Source: Gammaproteobacteria bacterium | Lineage (GTDB): Bacteria > Pseudomonadota > Gammaproteobacteria > Ga0077536 | Direction: 5' to 3' | DNA: 64,000 bases | Assembly (NCBI GenBank): GCA_016209015.1 | Contig: JACQWY010000025.1 | Span: forward strand, 3,747 to 67,746 | Shown here: positions 61,992 to 64,000 of the stretch, piece by piece | Position numbering within the stretch: the first letter of the stretch is position 1 | How the letters are laid out: each line of letters starts with the position of its first letter | Made by a program: the position numbers and the translations under genes | The notes under the pieces: model-generated | What the model was told of the DNA's origin: nothing | What the model saw: only the letters and a program-made list of their open reading frames with translations | Databases searched by the model: none

Positions 61992-62065
61992 CGCGCGGAC
62001 CGGCGCCGCCGGCCGCGAGACAAGCCGGGTTCACCGGCGGTAGCGACGACAAAGAGGGGGCTGAC

Positions 62066-63229
62066 ATGCCGCGAGCAATTCTGCGTCTGGTGGTGGTCCT
62101 GGCGGTGATCCTGGGTGCGGCCGGCATCGCCGAAATATGGATCCGCTCCGATCTCCATCGCTTCGGTCTCGACGTCCCCGACGCGGCGGACAATCCGCTC
62201 GCCGCGATAAGCGAGCCCGATCCCGTGATCGGCACGCGCTACGAGCCGAACGCCTCGACGGTCGTGAAATCCCCGCGCCGCGAATTCGAGGTCCTCTACC
62301 AGATCAACGAGATCGGGCTGCGCGATCATCCGCTCGGCACGCACCTGCGCAAGGAGGCGCGCATCCTCGTGCTCGGCGGTGCGAGCATCGAGGGTTACGG
62401 TGTGGACGTCGAGGACAACTTCATGAAGCACGTCCAGCAGGCGATCGACAAGACGACGGAGTTGAAGCCGAGCGTGCACTTCATCCGCGCCGCGCGCGCC
62501 GGTCAGGGCGCGGTCGAGGCTTATCTGCTCGGCGGGCAGCTCATGGAGACGCAGAAACCGCACGCGATCCTCTTCTTCTACGACAGCGGCATGCCGGCGA
62601 TCGATCGCGCCGTGCTCGCACGCACCGCCAAGGACGGCAACGGGCTCGCGACGAAGATCGCGCCGGCCACGGAAGGCGCGGGCTCACGCGGGATCGTCGA
62701 CACGCTCGCCGGTTCGAGCATGCTCGCGAAGCTCGCGGCGATGCGCATGCATGCGGCCCGGGCGCGCGCAGCGTTGAAACCCGGCGATCCGGCGGCCGAT
62801 CCTTACGCCGGCCTGCGGGCGAATGCGCTCGCCGCCGTGCACGGCCCGTCGCTGCAGCACGTGAAAGCGCTCGCCGCGAAGGCGAAAGCCGCGGGCATCC
62901 CCTTCGTGCTCGTGCACCTGCCGCTGCCGGTGCAGGTCTCGGCGCAGGAATGGGAAGCCGGGCGCGCCGATCTCGGCTTCGAGGCGAAGGTCTACGGCAC
63001 GGAGGACGCGGCAGCCGTCGCCGCGTTCTGCAAGGACGCCGGTCTCGAATGCCTCGCGCTGCACGAGCATTTCCAGGAAGTGGCGAAGCGCGATCGCACC
63101 CTGCTGTTCTATCCCTACACGCTCGCCTTGAATCCCGAGGGCCACCGCACGCTGACGGCGTGGGGGACGACAGCGCTCTACGAGACGTTCAAGAAGGACG
63201 GCGTCCTCGAAGCGGCGATGCAGCAGTAG
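62066..63229 (+). CDS. Membrane-anchored SGNH-like protein with degenerate catalytic motifs
   Basis: DPVIG, INEIGLRD, RILVLGGASIEGYGV, LNPEGH. Confidence 0.75.
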   Translation: MPRAILRLVVVLAVILGAAGIAEIWIRSDLHRFGLDVPDAADNPLAAISEPDPVIGTRYEPNASTVVKSPRREFEVLYQINEIGLRDHPLGTHLRKEARILVLGGASIEGYGVDVEDNFMKHVQQAIDKTTELKPSVHFIRAARAGQGAVEAYLLGGQLMETQKPHAILFFYDSGMPAIDRAVLARTAKDGNGLATKIAPATEGAGSRGIVDTLAGSSMLAKLAAMRMHAARARAALKPGDPAADPYAGLRANALAAVHGPSLQHVKALAAKAKAAGIPFVLVHLPLPVQVSAQEWEAGRADLGFEAKVYGTEDAAAVAAFCKDAGLECLALHEHFQEVAKRDRTLLFYPYTLALNPEGHRTLTAWGTTALYETFKKDGVLEAAMQQ

Positions 63230-63292
63230 AAATCGATTTCCCCACCGGCGGGAGTCAGCCGTCGATCGGCAGCGGTGTGATGTGCCAGAGTC

Positions 63293-63390
63293 ATAGGATG
63301 CATTGACGAAGGAAATGCATCACGCGGCGGTAGCCGGTCGCCGGGGCTCGGCGCGGGATGATGGGTTTCCTGCGTCAACCCATCCTATGA
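63293..63390. repeat. REP doublet (ATAG variant)
   Basis: ATAGGATGCATTGACGAAGGAAATGCATC and inverted GATGGGTTTCCTGCGTCAACCCATCCTAT. Confidence 0.7.
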
Positions 63391-63711
63391 CTCGTGGCGC
63401 AGTTGCGAACCGGACGTTGACCGGGCGGGGTATATAACACCCGCCCCGAAACACCGTACAAGCCCCCGGCCGCGAACTAATCAGACGCTAAGGACTGGGC
63501 TTGGCCGCGGCGGCGGCTGAGGGATGGCAAGAGCAAGGGTTCTTCAGCCTAAGAAAATGACGTGACGAATCCAGCCGCGATACATTGCTAGTCCGCTACG
63601 GCTGAGTCGGGTGAGGAAGATCCCCCGTCGGAAATTGTGGCGCACGGAGCACATTGGTGCCCCAAATTACGGGACCGCCATTGCCAGCATGCGCAACCGC
63701 ATATCCGGTCC

Positions 63712-64000
63712 TCAATCCGTATAAGTCGCGCGAAAAAAAGCCGCGGCATCCATAGCCGGCATCTTCAAGGCCTCTTGGTACAAGCGTACGGTAGACTTGC
63801 AAATTATGTCGGGAGGCTGCCCCTTAGCGGCTGCTTCCGAAATATCGGGATTTAAACCCTCGCCCAATAGAATCTCCCTGATCGCGTTTGCTGTGTCCCT
63901 CAGCCGCTCGGAATCCGCCTCAGGCGTGTGACTTGATTCCGTTGCCTGCATCACGATCTGAATAGTCGCGTCCGCAACAGCTCGGCGCGTTTTATCGGTC
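63712..64000 (-). CDS. Hypothetical protein, C-terminal part, lower GC
   Basis: Frame stays open to the window edge (TDKTRRAVADATIQIVMQ...). Confidence 0.5.
   Translation of the reverse strand, partial: TDKTRRAVADATIQIVMQATESSHTPEADSERLRDTANAIREILLGEGLNPDISEAAAKGQPPDIICKSTVRLYQEALKMPAMDAAAFFRATYTD

Overview
High-GC proteobacterial window whose gene order (ygfB-pepP-ubiH-ubiI, zapA-ssrS) looks gammaproteobacterial. Three modules. (1) 1-24.3 kb: an MSHA/T2SS-like type IV filament locus (ExeA ATPase, lipoprotein secretin, TPR protein, MshEN-PilB, PilC, PilM/N/O/P-like proteins, three pilin-like genes, a PilGHI-like ABC set) with a split PrsK/PrsR-like sigma54 two-component pair, headed by metF and back-to-back with PrsT and an XDP1-like PEP-CTERM protein. 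Sigma54 promoters and two distinct enhancer boxes are visible. (2) 24.6-42.5 kb: housekeeping genes (tkt-gap-pgk-pyk, purC, ubiI/ubiH/pepP/ygfB, zapA, 6S RNA) with a repeat-rich variable patch. (3) 42.6-61.4 kb: a probable photoprotection insert between 6S RNA and an EVE gene: photolyase, an orphan VPLP-CTERM micro-ORF, a BVMO, and a xanthomonadin/aryl-polyene-like cluster with halogenase, O-methyltransferase and two unexplained extra genes, one a lipoprotein with a permuted papain-like His/Cys signature. Intergenic DNA holds an IS5-ended tandem MITE and several REP-like families. All calls come from motif recognition by eye; no database search was run, and some start codons are estimates.
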